In this document: in pieces, positions 40,293 to 52,500 of the stretch
Layout: each line of letters opens with the position of its first letter
Numbering within the stretch: the stretch's first letter is position 1
Assembly (NCBI GenBank): GCA_030265395.1
Contig: JARFYF010000001.1
Coordinates: 116,623,182 to 116,687,181 of the forward strand
Direction: 5' to 3'
DNA from: Rhina ancylostomus
Lineage: Eukaryota
DNA length: 64,000 nucleotides
The notes under the pieces: generated by a model
The model's input: the letters and a program-made list of their open reading frames with translations, nothing else
Database searches by the model: none
What the model was told of the DNA's origin: nothing
Program-made: the position numbers and the translations under genes

Positions 40293-40511
40293 TACAGGCT
40301 TCTATGTTATGGCCATTTGGATAATGGAAATTCGCCTTAAAGAATTCACAGATCATAACCCAAAAATTTGAGATATTTGAGAATAGAATTTATGTGGGGG
40401 TTTAAAAAAAGTAAATAAATATGAAATCAAGAACAGCTTCGCGTTACAGGAAATCGCGATATGGACCATTTGCTAGGATCACAAAACCCTGTAATGCAGG
40501 AATCTCCTGTA
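40293..40511. mobile_element. Non-autonomous pogo/Tigger-like DNA element (MITE), copy 2
   Basis: ta-cagg...cctg-ta ends; ggaaattc...aaaaatttgagata and gcttc..gtta..g.aaat.g.gatat.gac blocks shared with copy 1. Confidence 0.55.
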
Positions 40512-40731
40512 TTGTGACATTGTCCTTTGTTGCCAGCTATATTCTTCACTTGCTTTTTTCATTGTGTACAAAACTGCATTTTAATCTGTCTAGATGAAAT
40601 ACTTATTTTTTGTGGATGTAAATAGGACATAATTAATATTTTGGGTGAATAATCAGTGTAAAGAAATTATTTGGTGTATGAATTCCCTTCTCCCAAAAGA
40701 ATATTTGGTGAATAATTGCATTTTTGTACAG

Positions 40732-40825
40732 GGATATAAAGCCTGATAATGTTTTGCTGGACATGAATGGACATATACGTCTTGCTGACTTTGGTTCCTG
40801 CCTGAAGTTGATGAATGATGGCACT
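40732..40825 (+). CDS. CDC42BPB: MRCK beta exon (probable exon 6): [31 protein letters not shown]
   Basis: tgtacag|G ... ACT|gtgagt; 94 nt; catalytic loop and DFG. Confidence 0.95.
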
Positions 40826-41299
40826 GTGAGTACTATTTCTTACAGAGTATTCTAGGTATGTATTTGAATAATAGCTGCATAATAACAATATTCAGGAAAT
40901 AGTTCTTTATGTACAGACTATGCAATATTTTACACCATGTCATGTTCTGAAGGAATGTATAAATAAAACAAGAAGTTGTCTGGTAAGTTCTGGTAAATTC
41001 CTAGTATTTTTAACATCCCTTTTGTTGGTAATCTTAATTTGTTTATTTCTTGTGGTCTCCAGTTAGAAGCTCAAAATTTAAAAATTTGTTCCATCTTGTT
41101 GTAAACAAGACTTCCTACTGCTAACGTCTGCCAAGCAGCGGCATTAAGAAGCTTCCAAAATCTTATATAGTTCAAAGTTTTTCTAATCTGATGAAAATCA
41201 GCAACTTTGGAGAAAGCTGAGCTGATTGAGATTTTGATAAGCATGGAATGAAGAGAAAGAATGTGAATGATTCTGGAACAATGTCTTAAGTTTTAAATG

Positions 41300-42580
41300 A
41301 AACTTTAAATTCTGCTAAATTAAGGCTCACAGGATTAGGAACATTATATTAGCATAGACTGTTTAACATGAAAAAAGGCAAGGAAGATGGAGTTATTTAT
41401 GTTGGCAGTCTGAAATTGGTAGGGTACCAGATAGATCAGTGCTTGGGTATTGGCTATTGTCTGTTGTAGTGGTGAATGAAGGGACTGACTGTGGTTTATC
41501 CATATTTACTGTAAGTACAGAACTATGGGTGAATTAAATTGTGAGGAGGATACAAAGAGCTGGAAAAGGGGTTTAAAATAAAAATAAAATGCTGGAAATG
41601 CCCAGCTGATAAAGCAACATGTTGAGGGCAAAACAATGTTTCAAGTTGTTGACTGTTCATCAAAAAATTCTGATGAAAAGTCAGGAACCTGAAATGAAAA
41701 CACAAGCGTAGTCTGATCTGTTGCATACTTCCAGCATTTTCAGCTTTTTATTTCATATTACTGGTATCCACACTGCTTTTGCAAAGCATTATGGACAGGT
41801 TAAGTGAATAGACAGGTGTATTACAGATGTAATATAATATGGAGCAAAGGGACATTACCCAATTTGGAAAGAAAATAAAAAGTAGAAATAGTTTTAAAAA
41901 GTGAGAGGTGGGGAAATAGTTGGTGTTAAGAGGTACATTGATGACTTGTATCCAAATTGAAGCCTGCAATTGAGAAAGCAATAATGTTTTGACCTCTATT
42001 AAAAAAGGGTTTGAAGTATGTGTCAATAAAGTTTACTGCAATTATGTAAGGCCAAGGTGAAAATGCACTTAGAGTTTATTACTCAAAGAAGGAGATATTT
42101 GTTTTTTAAACAATGCAACAGTGGTTCATTGGACTAATTACTGTGATAAGCATTGCTCTATAAAGAGAGGTTGAGTTATTAAGGCTAGAATTTAGAAAGC
42201 TGAGAGCTGATCTCATAATGTGCAATGTTCTTAAGTGGCTTGGCAGGAGAGATGGGGGAGAAGTTTTCTCTGAATGTGGTGTCTGGAACAAGGGATCAGT
42301 CTTAGAATAATGAGTTGCTCACTTAGAATTAAGATGAGGAGACTTTCCTTCACTAAAGGGTTATGAGTCTTCAGAATTTTGTACCCTGAGAGTTGTAGAT
42401 GCTGACTTTTATTAAACACATTCAAGACAGAATTCAAAATATATTTGAATAATAAGAAAATTGAAGGATTTGGGGATAATGTGGGAAAGCCGGTGATCTT
42501 AATGATCAGCCATGATCTTAATAAATAATGGAAGAGGCTCGGATGGCTAAATGGCTTAATCCTCATACTTATGTTCTTAT
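41300..42580 (+). mobile_element. CR1 fragment interrupted by an inverted pair of Penelope repeats (~41575-41770)
   Basis: GVPDRSVLG, LEFRKLRADLI motifs and CR1 tail; PLE repeat aaatgctggaaat...ttccagcatttt. Confidence 0.7.
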
Positions 42581-42716
42581 TTCAGTAATTGTGCAAACAA
42601 AACTTGGCAATGGCAGTTAAAATTTAAAGCGTTCATTTTATATTTTCAAAGAGTCCTCCTACAATTGTTTTCTTTCCATGGGACTTTGAACATAAATCTT
42701 AAAACCATAAATCTGA

Positions 42717-43031
<315 letters not shown>

Positions 43032-43448
43032 TAAGGTTGACATTTTAAAAAACTTGTGTAATAATTAAACAATGTGTGGTGAACTACAGCATTTCACTTC
43101 TTTGTAGAAGAAGAATGGCAGTATAATATGACAAGCTGTTTAAATGGTTACCATATGTTTTAATTTAAATTTTGGCAAAGCTCTTTTTACTTCTGCTAAC
43201 GTAACGTTTGGGATGGCCTTTGCAACCCGTGTAAACAATCATGATTGTACATAATTAACTATGATAAAAATGAAATTAAAATATTATAATTTTGGGGAAA
43301 GAGTTAAATTTTGAATCTGTTAATTTCAGGATATCTGTTTTAAAAAAAATTCAACCCACTCTGTCCTTTGTATACAGAAATTGTATCATTGTTCTGCGTG
43401 CATGGTACGATACTTTAAGTGGCATTCTGACTATATTTTGTTTGACAG

Positions 43449-43697
43449 GAACGATTCCAATTTCCATCTCATATCACTGATGTATCTGATGAAGCCAAGG
43501 ATTTGATACAGCGGTTGATCTGTAGTAGAGAACATCGAATTGGAAAAAATGGAATGGAAGATTTCAAAAAACATTCATTTTTCAAAGGGATCGATTGGGA
43601 CAATATTAGAAATATCGAAGCACCTTATATTCCTGAAGTCAGCAGTCCAACCGACACTTCAAACTTTGATGTAGATGATGATATACTCAAAAATCCA
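43449..43697 (+). CDS. CDC42BPB: MRCK beta exon (probable exon 8): [28 protein letters not shown]...[15 protein letters not shown]
   Basis: tgacag|GAA ... CCA|gttagt; 249 nt; AGC C-tail PYIPE...DTSNFD. Confidence 0.95.
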
Positions 43698-44334
43698 GTT
43701 AGTATTTCAGTTTTTGTGGAATACCACATTTAACTTTTGACATGCTCCAGCCAGTGACAGGATTTGTCTAGAGATGAGTTTTACATCTGATTCTTTCTAG
43801 TACTTGATATTTTGTAGAATTCCTAGGTTTATCCAGAGTTGTGAGACAGCCTTGAAATTTCTAACTAATGAACTTGTTCTTGAGAGCAGAAAATACAGTC
43901 AAGATTAGTTGATCTCGAGGGTAGTCAATTTTCCACAACCAGAGACCAAAGTGTAGTCACTTGTCATGAGGTAATGTGGAGATTTACCTTCATTAACCTC
44001 AGCAAATCCGTTTGAAACAAGTTACCTCAAAATTCTCAGGATCAAGACTTCTTAATCTTTCCAGCAAGTGGACCATTTCTAAGTCTTATAATAAACCTGT
44101 TTTCCTTTTTGTCAGAGAAGTGAATAATTTTGCAGGACCTTGTACTCCTAATTGTCTTCGGTGACATTAGCTTGAATTTGTATTACATAAGGAGGTGCAG
44201 ATTCAAATAGACAAAGGGAGAAGTTGAGACTTTACACAGAATAGCCAACACTTGGGATGGATTAGTTTTTGTGGAACAAGTATGTTCTGTAATATGAGGG
44301 AAAGGAAGGGGATGATAACTTCTTGATACATGAA

Positions 44335-44735
44335 TAGAGTTATAGAGATATACAGCACAGAAACAGGTCCTTTAGCCCATTGAGTCCACACTAATCATCA
44401 ACTGCCCATATTATGTTAATCCTACATTAATCACATACTTCATTCTCCCCACATGCTCTTTAACTCCCCTGAGTTTCGACCACTCACCTACATGTTTGAG
44501 GCAACTTACAGTAGCCAGTTAACTTACAAACCTGCAAATCTTTTGGATGTGAGAAGAAAACTGAGCACCTGGAAGAAACCTAATTGGTCACAGGGATAAT
44601 GTGCAAACTCTAGACAGACAGAACCCAAGGTCAGGATTGAACCCAGGTCTTTGGCACTGTGAGATAGTGGTTTTACTAGCTGCAGCACTGTGACACTCGT
44701 GTGCAAATGTTGTGCCACTGTGCTGACCCTGTGCC
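44335..44735 (-). mobile_element. V-SINE
   Basis: Reverse V-domain and CR1-type tail. Confidence 0.8.
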
Positions 44736-45416
44736 CAATGAGCAAAGACTGATCTCTTTTGTATTCACACCATTTTATGAATTCGTCATTATTCCTGGTC
44801 AGTACAAGTTCTATTTCACATGAATTGCACCATTATTCTGGATTGATGGTTTAAAAATTATTCTGGGAATTAGAATACTTGCCAACTTGAAAATTGGTTT
44901 TCCTCAGTTTGTAAACAATTTTTTTAAGCAGTGTTGGGCATAGGTTTAGAGAGGTTTAGCCAACATCTGTTTATTAGCAATTTGCTTAGTTATTGCTTTC
45001 CCTGTACAATAGGACTGATCTGTGCCTGAAATGATGAGTAAGTCTGCCCTTCAGAAATAACTATTATCAGGCTTTATGAAGAAAAACTCAATTGTTTGTC
45101 AATTTTTATCTTTACTCTTAATTAATTTTGCTGTCTAATACCTAGTGTTGAGAAATAGAAATATAAAAAGCTGGATATATTCAGCAGTACAGGTGGCACC
45201 TTCAGAGGGGAAAAAAAACTGAAAAAGATTGAGGATCTTTCTCTAGTTCTGTTCTGATGAAATTTTCTGAATTGTTATGTTTCTCTCTCCATATCAGCAT
45301 ACAGTATTTTGCTTTTGTATAACACTGAGAAAATTAAATTAAGTTGGCATTCTGACAATTTATTGGATTAAATGTAATCCTCTATTCGTACTGATAAATG
45401 CTTTCTGTTGTTCAAG

Positions 45417-45496
45417 GAATTGGTGCCCCCAGCCACTCACACTGCTTTTTCTGGACTGCACCTGCCTTTCGTTGGCTTCACATTTACGACCACCAG
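45417..45496 (+). CDS. CDC42BPB: MRCK beta exon (probable exon 9): ELVPPATHTAFSGLHLPFVGFTFTTT
   Basis: ttcaag|GAA ... AG|gtagaa; 80 nt; AGC hydrophobic motif FVGFTF. Confidence 0.93.
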
Positions 45497-46069
45497 GTAG
45501 AACATTTTTGTAAATGTTGTATAAGTTGCTCATTTGCACATTAATGAACAATCCACTGTTATAAAAGATGGATGATATTATGTTTAGTGACGTAACAGTA
45601 TTCTTTGCTTTCTCCAAGGCATTTATGACCTACACATTATTTTGACCCTAATTTATGCTGTATAAATTACTTAGAAGATTTAAGGCAGCTTACTACTTTT
45701 TATTAGCATGGCTTGTTTAATTTGTTAGTTCGGGATAAAGTGTTTTGTGGCGTTATCTACCAGTTTGCTTTTGAAAGGAAGTGACTTTTACCTTGATTAG
45801 AATTCTGGGANNNNNNNNNNNNNNNNNNNNNNNNNNNNNNNNNNNNNNNNNNNNNNNNNNNNNNNNNNNNNNNNNNNNNNNNNNNNNNNNNNNNNNNNNN
45901 NNNNNNNNNNGGGGGTTTATCTTTCATTTGGATGGGCCTTCATAAGTTCATGGACCTGAAATTTTAATTTGGTTTCCCTCTCCTTAGAAACTGCATGACC
46001 CCCTGAGAACTTCCAACGTTTTCTGTATCTCTTTCAGATTTGTAGTATTGCAGTACTTTGCCTTTAGTA

Positions 46070-47050
46070 AAAGAATGTATGAAACAGGAACAGTAATCTG
46101 CCCCTCAAGTCTGCTCTGCCATACAACAAGTTCATCCATTTGTTATCTCAACAGCATTTCCCATGCTCTCTCCTAACTCCCTTAAAGTTTAAATATCATT
46201 GATCATATTCAGTGTCTCTACCTTGAACTTATTCAAAGATTCTACTTCCACAGCTCTCTAAAGCAGAGTTCCAAAGAGTAACAACCCTCTGAGAGAATAA
46301 ATTCTTCGTCTGTCTTAAGTGGCCTATCCCTTATTCTGAAATTCACGCCCCCAATAGCAGAAACATCCTCTCAACATCCACCCTGGCAAACCCCCTCAGA
46401 ATTTTATATGTTTCAATAAGAACACTTTTTATTCTTCTAAACTGCAATAAGTATAGGACCAATCTCTCATCATATACCAACTCTCATTCCAGGAATTAAC
46501 ATTCCTTTAGCTTTCCTAATTACTTGCTGTACTCCCAGCTGAATATTTCCATTGCATGCACTAAGATTCCTAGATCCTTTGTATGACTACATTTTGTTAT
46601 CTATTTAAATAAGAAATTGTTTTTTCATTCTTCTTTCCAAAGTGGATAATCTTACATTTTTTTCATATTATACATATTATACTCCATCTGACAATTTCTT
46701 GCTCATTCACTCAACCCATCTCTATCCATTTGCAGGCTCTTTGTGATTTTTAATGATTTACAACAGTCTGAAGAAAGATATTTTTCCTCATCTCAGTCAT
46801 AACTGACCAACATTTTTTTGGACACTTTACCCCCTTTCCCCATCTAGTTTTAGACTTCTCAATTTGAATTTATTCATCTGTTCCTGTTGTTCTCTTCTCA
46901 CCAAAACAAATAATCACCAAAAGCACATTTTCTTCCATTTTACTCCCAACAACCATCTTCTTGATTGCTCACTTAACCTGTCTTTATTCCTTTCCAAATT
47001 CTTTTGTGCCTTTTTTGCAGCTTGCCTTTCAACCATCAGCTATGTTAATT
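46070..47050 (-). mobile_element. CR1 fragments
   Basis: ccacagctctc...agagttccaaag, ttatatgtttcaataag and other reverse CR1 3' motifs. Confidence 0.7.
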
Positions 47051-48619
47051 TATGTATTTTACCTAAGTACTTATATCATTTGAATGTGACTTTGCCTGCA
47101 TGGTGGGGACTGCAGTGAAGTTCAGGAACCCATGTAATTTTTCTTCTTTCTCAGATAACGTCAGTTACGGTTGTTGACCCATACCTTGGTCAACTAACTT
47201 AGGTTAGGTAAATGACCATACAAATCCTAATTAATTCAAATATGCAACTTCACTGCATCAACTTTATCATATCAAATGTAAATATCCATGCAAGTTGTGT
47301 TGACCCTGGGTCAACAATTCCTAAATGCTATTGTTTCTTTTGGACCAGTACACACCCAAGCTACTACTCTTGCAACATTGAAATTGGGGATCTTCTGATG
47401 GCCCAACGAATGACCCTTCTTCTCCCTGCCCCCGACATGGGGGTCTTCCTTCCAATAGTTGGTCTCCCCGGAGTTCTCGCTTGTTAGTCTTCTGAGTTCT
47501 CGCTGCTCTACCTCCACCTCCAAAAACCTTCATTATTATTCTTTTCCCTCATCAGTTCTACTACTTCGATTCTGTTGGCTCAGATTCATTGGTGGCACCA
47601 CCTCACTGCTCTTCTCCCAAACAAGGACTTGCTTCCGATGTCATTTCTTTTGCTTTTTTGCTGGATCAGGCTATTCACACCAATTTTTGCCAGTTCAAGT
47701 CAGACACTGGGCTCAGGCCATTCCAGTTCACGGACACAGACTACTCTTATAAGCCCATGTTGATTCTTCTGCCTTATCAAAGAGCATCCCACAAATAACT
47801 TCTGATTTGGAAATGATCTCTGATTAGCAGATTATTGGTAGGGCCTTCATTATGTCCACTTTCGATTACTTCAATTCAGAAAGTATTAATTTAGAAAATG
47901 ACGGCCTCCACTTCTTCCACCACCTGGCGAGAGCTTAGGCATTTGTTTTATCCATTGTCCTTGACTTGTTNNNNNNNNNNNNNNNNNNNNNNNNNNNNNN
48001 NNNNNNNNNNNNNNNNNNNNNNNNNNNNNNNNNNNNNNNNNNNNNNNNNNNNNNNNNNNNNNNNNNNNNNNNNNNNNNNNNNNNNNNNNNNNNNNNNNNN
48101 NNNNNCTAACTGATGTTGATATAATGATAATAATTTTAAAAAAGTTAGTAAAGCATTATTAATGTGCCACCTAGATATTAAAATAAATTATGTTTGAAAT
48201 GACAATTGTCAATGAAGGTTAGTTAATACAATGTGAATTCTGAAAGTTCCCATGTCAGTATCTATGAAACAGGGTAACAAGCAGATGCATTCTTCCACAT
48301 AATGAAAACTTCATTGTACAAAACAAAATGCAATTAGCATTGCAGCAAACAGTGTTAAATCAAAATGGTTATGAAAGTACAAAAGACATGGAGGAAAAAT
48401 CATTAAGTTATAAAGTATTCATAATTTATATCATAAGTTAGTACATGTAATACTGATAAGTATAATACATGCTTATTATTAAAAGTTACAATTATTGTAT
48501 AATATCAAAATATAATCATTATGGACAAAATTTGGAATGGCGCTTAGCACACAAGCATCTAAGTTGTTTAAGTTGCCATCAAAAGACGCTTAGGAAAATA
48601 CATTATATACTGAGGTTAA

Positions 48620-48941
48620 TGAATGGTTTCACAACAGGTTTGGGTAATTGTCCCTTTTGTGTCTTTCTGGACCTCATCACACAACAAAGACTAGTACTGT
48701 TGGTACTGTAATGGTTGTGGTATCAGTTGTCAACCCCACTGTTGGATTAGGGGCAGGAGGAAGGTCTCGGGACAGCAAAGTAACAGGAATGGAGTTGCCA
48801 GGACTAAGTGCTAATTCATTGTCTTGTATTCATGTCAACATTACACTCACAGTGAAGTTGTATTTAAGTAATAAGCCCTTTGCTATCTAAAGCAGGACCC
48901 ATAAAAAAGTGACTCCCTACAGTTATCCTAACACTTACCAT
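48620..48941 (-). pseudogene. Possible env/glycoprotein N-terminal remnant
   Basis: With one frameshift: MVSVRITVGVTFLWVLL*IAKG (signal-peptide-like), NFT sequon, P/T-rich stretch, then RHKR furin-type motif at 48664-48653; several stops. Confidence 0.35.
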
Positions 48942-48959
48942 CCTTTCCCCTTATTACCG

Positions 48960-49247
48960 TTACCCGATCCCGATTATCCTCAAACCTCTTGCAAAATCTT
49001 GTTCAACTTCCTCATTAATTTGCACAACCATTTCTTCTCCCCCAACCACACAGTCCGTTATTACCATGACATCTGATGGAATCCATATAGACTCTTCTGT
49101 GAATATTGTGAATAGTTCATCCATAACCACCCTCATCTTTATTCTTTGCATTTGTCCAGGTGAATATTCAATTGGCCAGTAGTACACTGTATTGGTCAAC
49201 GTGTAACCTTTAGGAGAATCTTTGACTGTTATCAGGCCACTCAGCAT
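48960..49247 (-). other. Open 95-codon ORF downstream of integrase (candidate accessory gene of the retroviral element)
   Basis: ATG at 49247 directly after a pyrimidine-rich acceptor-like site (ttcctttccag, AG at 49259-49258); no stops to 48960; same strand as pol. Confidence 0.45.
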
Positions 49248-49559
49248 TTTTAAATACCTGGAAAGGAACACCAAGAGCAGTTTCTGTACCTATCCAAGCA
49301 TCTGATATATTTCCTAAATTTAACTCTTCCATCTCCTGCTTTATTCCCACAAGATCTGGGGAGGAACACATTCTCCCATGTGCCTCTCTTTCCCATTGTC
49401 TCTGCTTACACTGCTTGTGGCAATTGCCTAGCTTTAACTTACTCCCTTATAACCTCCAGGTAAAAACAAGAAGTGGCCACTTAGCTTAATGGGGATGCAC
49501 TTGCTTCTTCATCCTCATTACTTCCAGTTGGCTGAAAAACAAGACGAAGAGCATCATCA

Positions 49560-52500
49560 TCCCATTGACAGTGAACCTCAGCTACAAAAGGGCATTGACT
49601 TTCTCCAAAGGGTTTAAGTTGGTTAATATGATACCAACCCAACTTGTCGGGGGCAATCTGTACTCAGTATGCTGATGGACTGACTCTGCCACTAATGTCA
49701 CATGGCCCTACAAATCCTGGAGATTTAAAGGGGCCTGGCTAATGTACAGCGATCATAATCTTCTGCCCTATTTCCAACTCCCTAGATTTTGTTTGCACAT
49801 CAAAATAAGCTTTACTCTGCTTCTTTCGTCCCATATTATGGGCTGCGACATAATGAGCTTCTTTAATGGTGTTGATCAATTGTTGTGCCTATTTGTCCTT
49901 TAAAATACCGTCACACTTGGGCTCAAACAAATCCAGCCAACGAAGAATTCTAACTCTCATTTCTCTTCTGGTCATTAGCTTAAAAGGTGTAAACTTAGTA
50001 GAGGAAGCCATGGAGTTATGAATTATCATAAGGACATATGGTAAGACAGTGACCCACGTGGTCCTGTGCTGTTTGACCATTTTACCTAACATCTTTAAAG
50101 TCCTATTCATCTGTTCAACAATCTCATGGGATTGGGGTTGATAAGGGATGTGGAAGCTCTTTCACCCCAAACAGTTTCATCAGATCTTACATCATCTATG
50201 TGATGNNNNNNNNNNNNNNNNNNNNNNNNNNNNNNNNNNNNNNNNNNNNNNNNNNNNNNNNNNNNNNNNNNNNNNNNNNNNNNNNNNNNNNNNNNNNNNN
50301 NNNNNTGATGAAATGAGAGCCTTGATCTGATTCTAGGCTCCTTGATAATCCCAACAGGTAAAAACCTTCTCAAAGAGAATTCTGGTTGTAACTTTTGCAG
50401 TATTAACTCTAGTTGGGAATGCCTCAATCCATTTGGTGAAAGTATCCACTACCACCAGGATACATTTCAATCCACCAAGAGATGAGCATAAAGGTCCCAC
50501 AAAATCAATCTGCAAGTTAATCCATGGCCCTTCTGCAGGGCGAGTGTGCCTTAAAACTGCTTTCCTAGCCAATCTATCTGGATTATACTGAGCACAAATC
50601 AAACAATTCGTACAATAATGTTCTACATCTTCAGCTGTTCAGTAGTTCTGTCCACTCCTTGATGCCCATAAATGTCATGGTACGAATACATCTGATTCCT
50701 TTCACTTCTGGCACCACAAATCTGTCATTATAAAATACAATCCCATCCTGTATCCGTATTCCTAGATGTTTCCCATATTCTTCAGATTTCTCTCCCCTCT
50801 CTACCTTTGCTAATTCCTGATGCTGTTTCTATACCTGGACTAAATCTATAGGTATACTCTTTGTTAGTTTCTGTGACATCATCCCCTTTATATCCAGACT
50901 CCATTCCATCCCATATCTCACTCCTGATTTAGCTAACTCATCTGCCTTTCTGTTCCCTTCTGGGGATGTTTTTAGGTGACCTTTCACCCTTTTTTATTCC
51001 ATTAGTGTTTCCTCTCACCTTCTCAAATATATACTTCAACAAGGGTGCTGATGGTAAAGGCTTACCGTCTGCTGAAATGTAACCTCTGACTTCTCATAAT
51101 GGTAGGTATTCAGTCAAACTATTACAAACATACATGCTATCTGAGTGTATTATTGCTCCTGAAGGATATCTGCCTGGATGGCTAACAACAAAAGCTATAG
51201 CAGCAAGCTCTTGTGCACTCATTGTCTTGGGTAACTTGATTGTGACACTCTATCTATACTCCTTCCTCATCCTCTACATAAATGCTACATCCTGTAAGCC
51301 TCTCTCCATCCTGACTGATTATGATCCATCAACTAATACTCTTTTACAGGCAAACCTTTTGGCTGCATGACCTTATTCCCCTCTCCCAATTTTAAGATAG
51401 GAGGGCGGNNNNNNNNNNNNNNNNNNNNNNNNNNNNNNNNNNNNNNNNNNNNNNNNNNNNNNNNNNNNNNNNNNNNNNNNNNNNNNNNNNNNNNNNNNNN
51501 NNNNNNNNTTTTGTCCACCTATCACTGCTCTGCTTTTCCCTCCTATATATTGGGCTTCCGCTTTTCCTATCTTCAGTCCTGAAGAGGGGTCCTGATTCAA
51601 AACGTTGACCGCCTGCTTTTCTCCATGGATGCTGCCTAGCATGCTGAGTTCCTCCAGCGTCATTGTGTTTTTCATTAAGATGGGAATGAGTGGTCCGTTC
51701 CTGTGCTATTATCACCTGACACTCTTGGGGTTCTCCTTGATAGGCTAGGTTGTCAGCCAGAATCGTTGTACTATTCACTCTTAACCATGAAATTATGACC
51801 CTGTAATAGCAACGTCAACTGAGCTATTCTATTTTGATTGACTGTCCCAACTTTAATACGTCCATCCAGCAAAAGCTCAATGGGATGTGTTCTTTTAAAA
51901 TAGTTAGCGGATTAAGTCCTACCACATAAGCAAAATGGTTAACTGCCCAAAAGACTGCTACCAGATTTCATTCATGTGTTGTCTATCCCTGTTCTGCTGG
52001 AAGAAACATTGAAGATTCACACATCACTGGCTCCAGTTGGCCATGTGTCTCCTGCAGTAACACAGCTGAAATTCTGTTACTGGTGGCAGTGAATTCCAAA
52101 GATGATGCTCGGAAGGTTTTGAGGCCTTAAGAGCAGATGCTTCTGCCAGGCTAGTTTTAAGATCTGCTACTACCTTAGTATGTTCTGGTTTCCATTCCCA
52201 TAGAACACCTTTAAGAGTTCCATAAGTGGGGATGCCTTAGTGGCAAAGCCATCTATATGGTCCCTACAGTACCCCACCAAACCCAGAAATGACCTCAGCC
52301 CTCTCATGTCAGTGGGGACGGGTAGGTTTGCCACTGCAGCCACACGTTCTTATCAATTTCTCGTCTCCCAGGTGTTATGACTACTCCTACGTAACTGACT
52401 TGCTGTTTCATGATTTGAACCTTTTTCGGGTGAACTTTTAAACCCAACCGCTGTAACAGTTGCAGGANNNNNNNNNNNNNNNNNNNNNNNNNNNNNNNNN

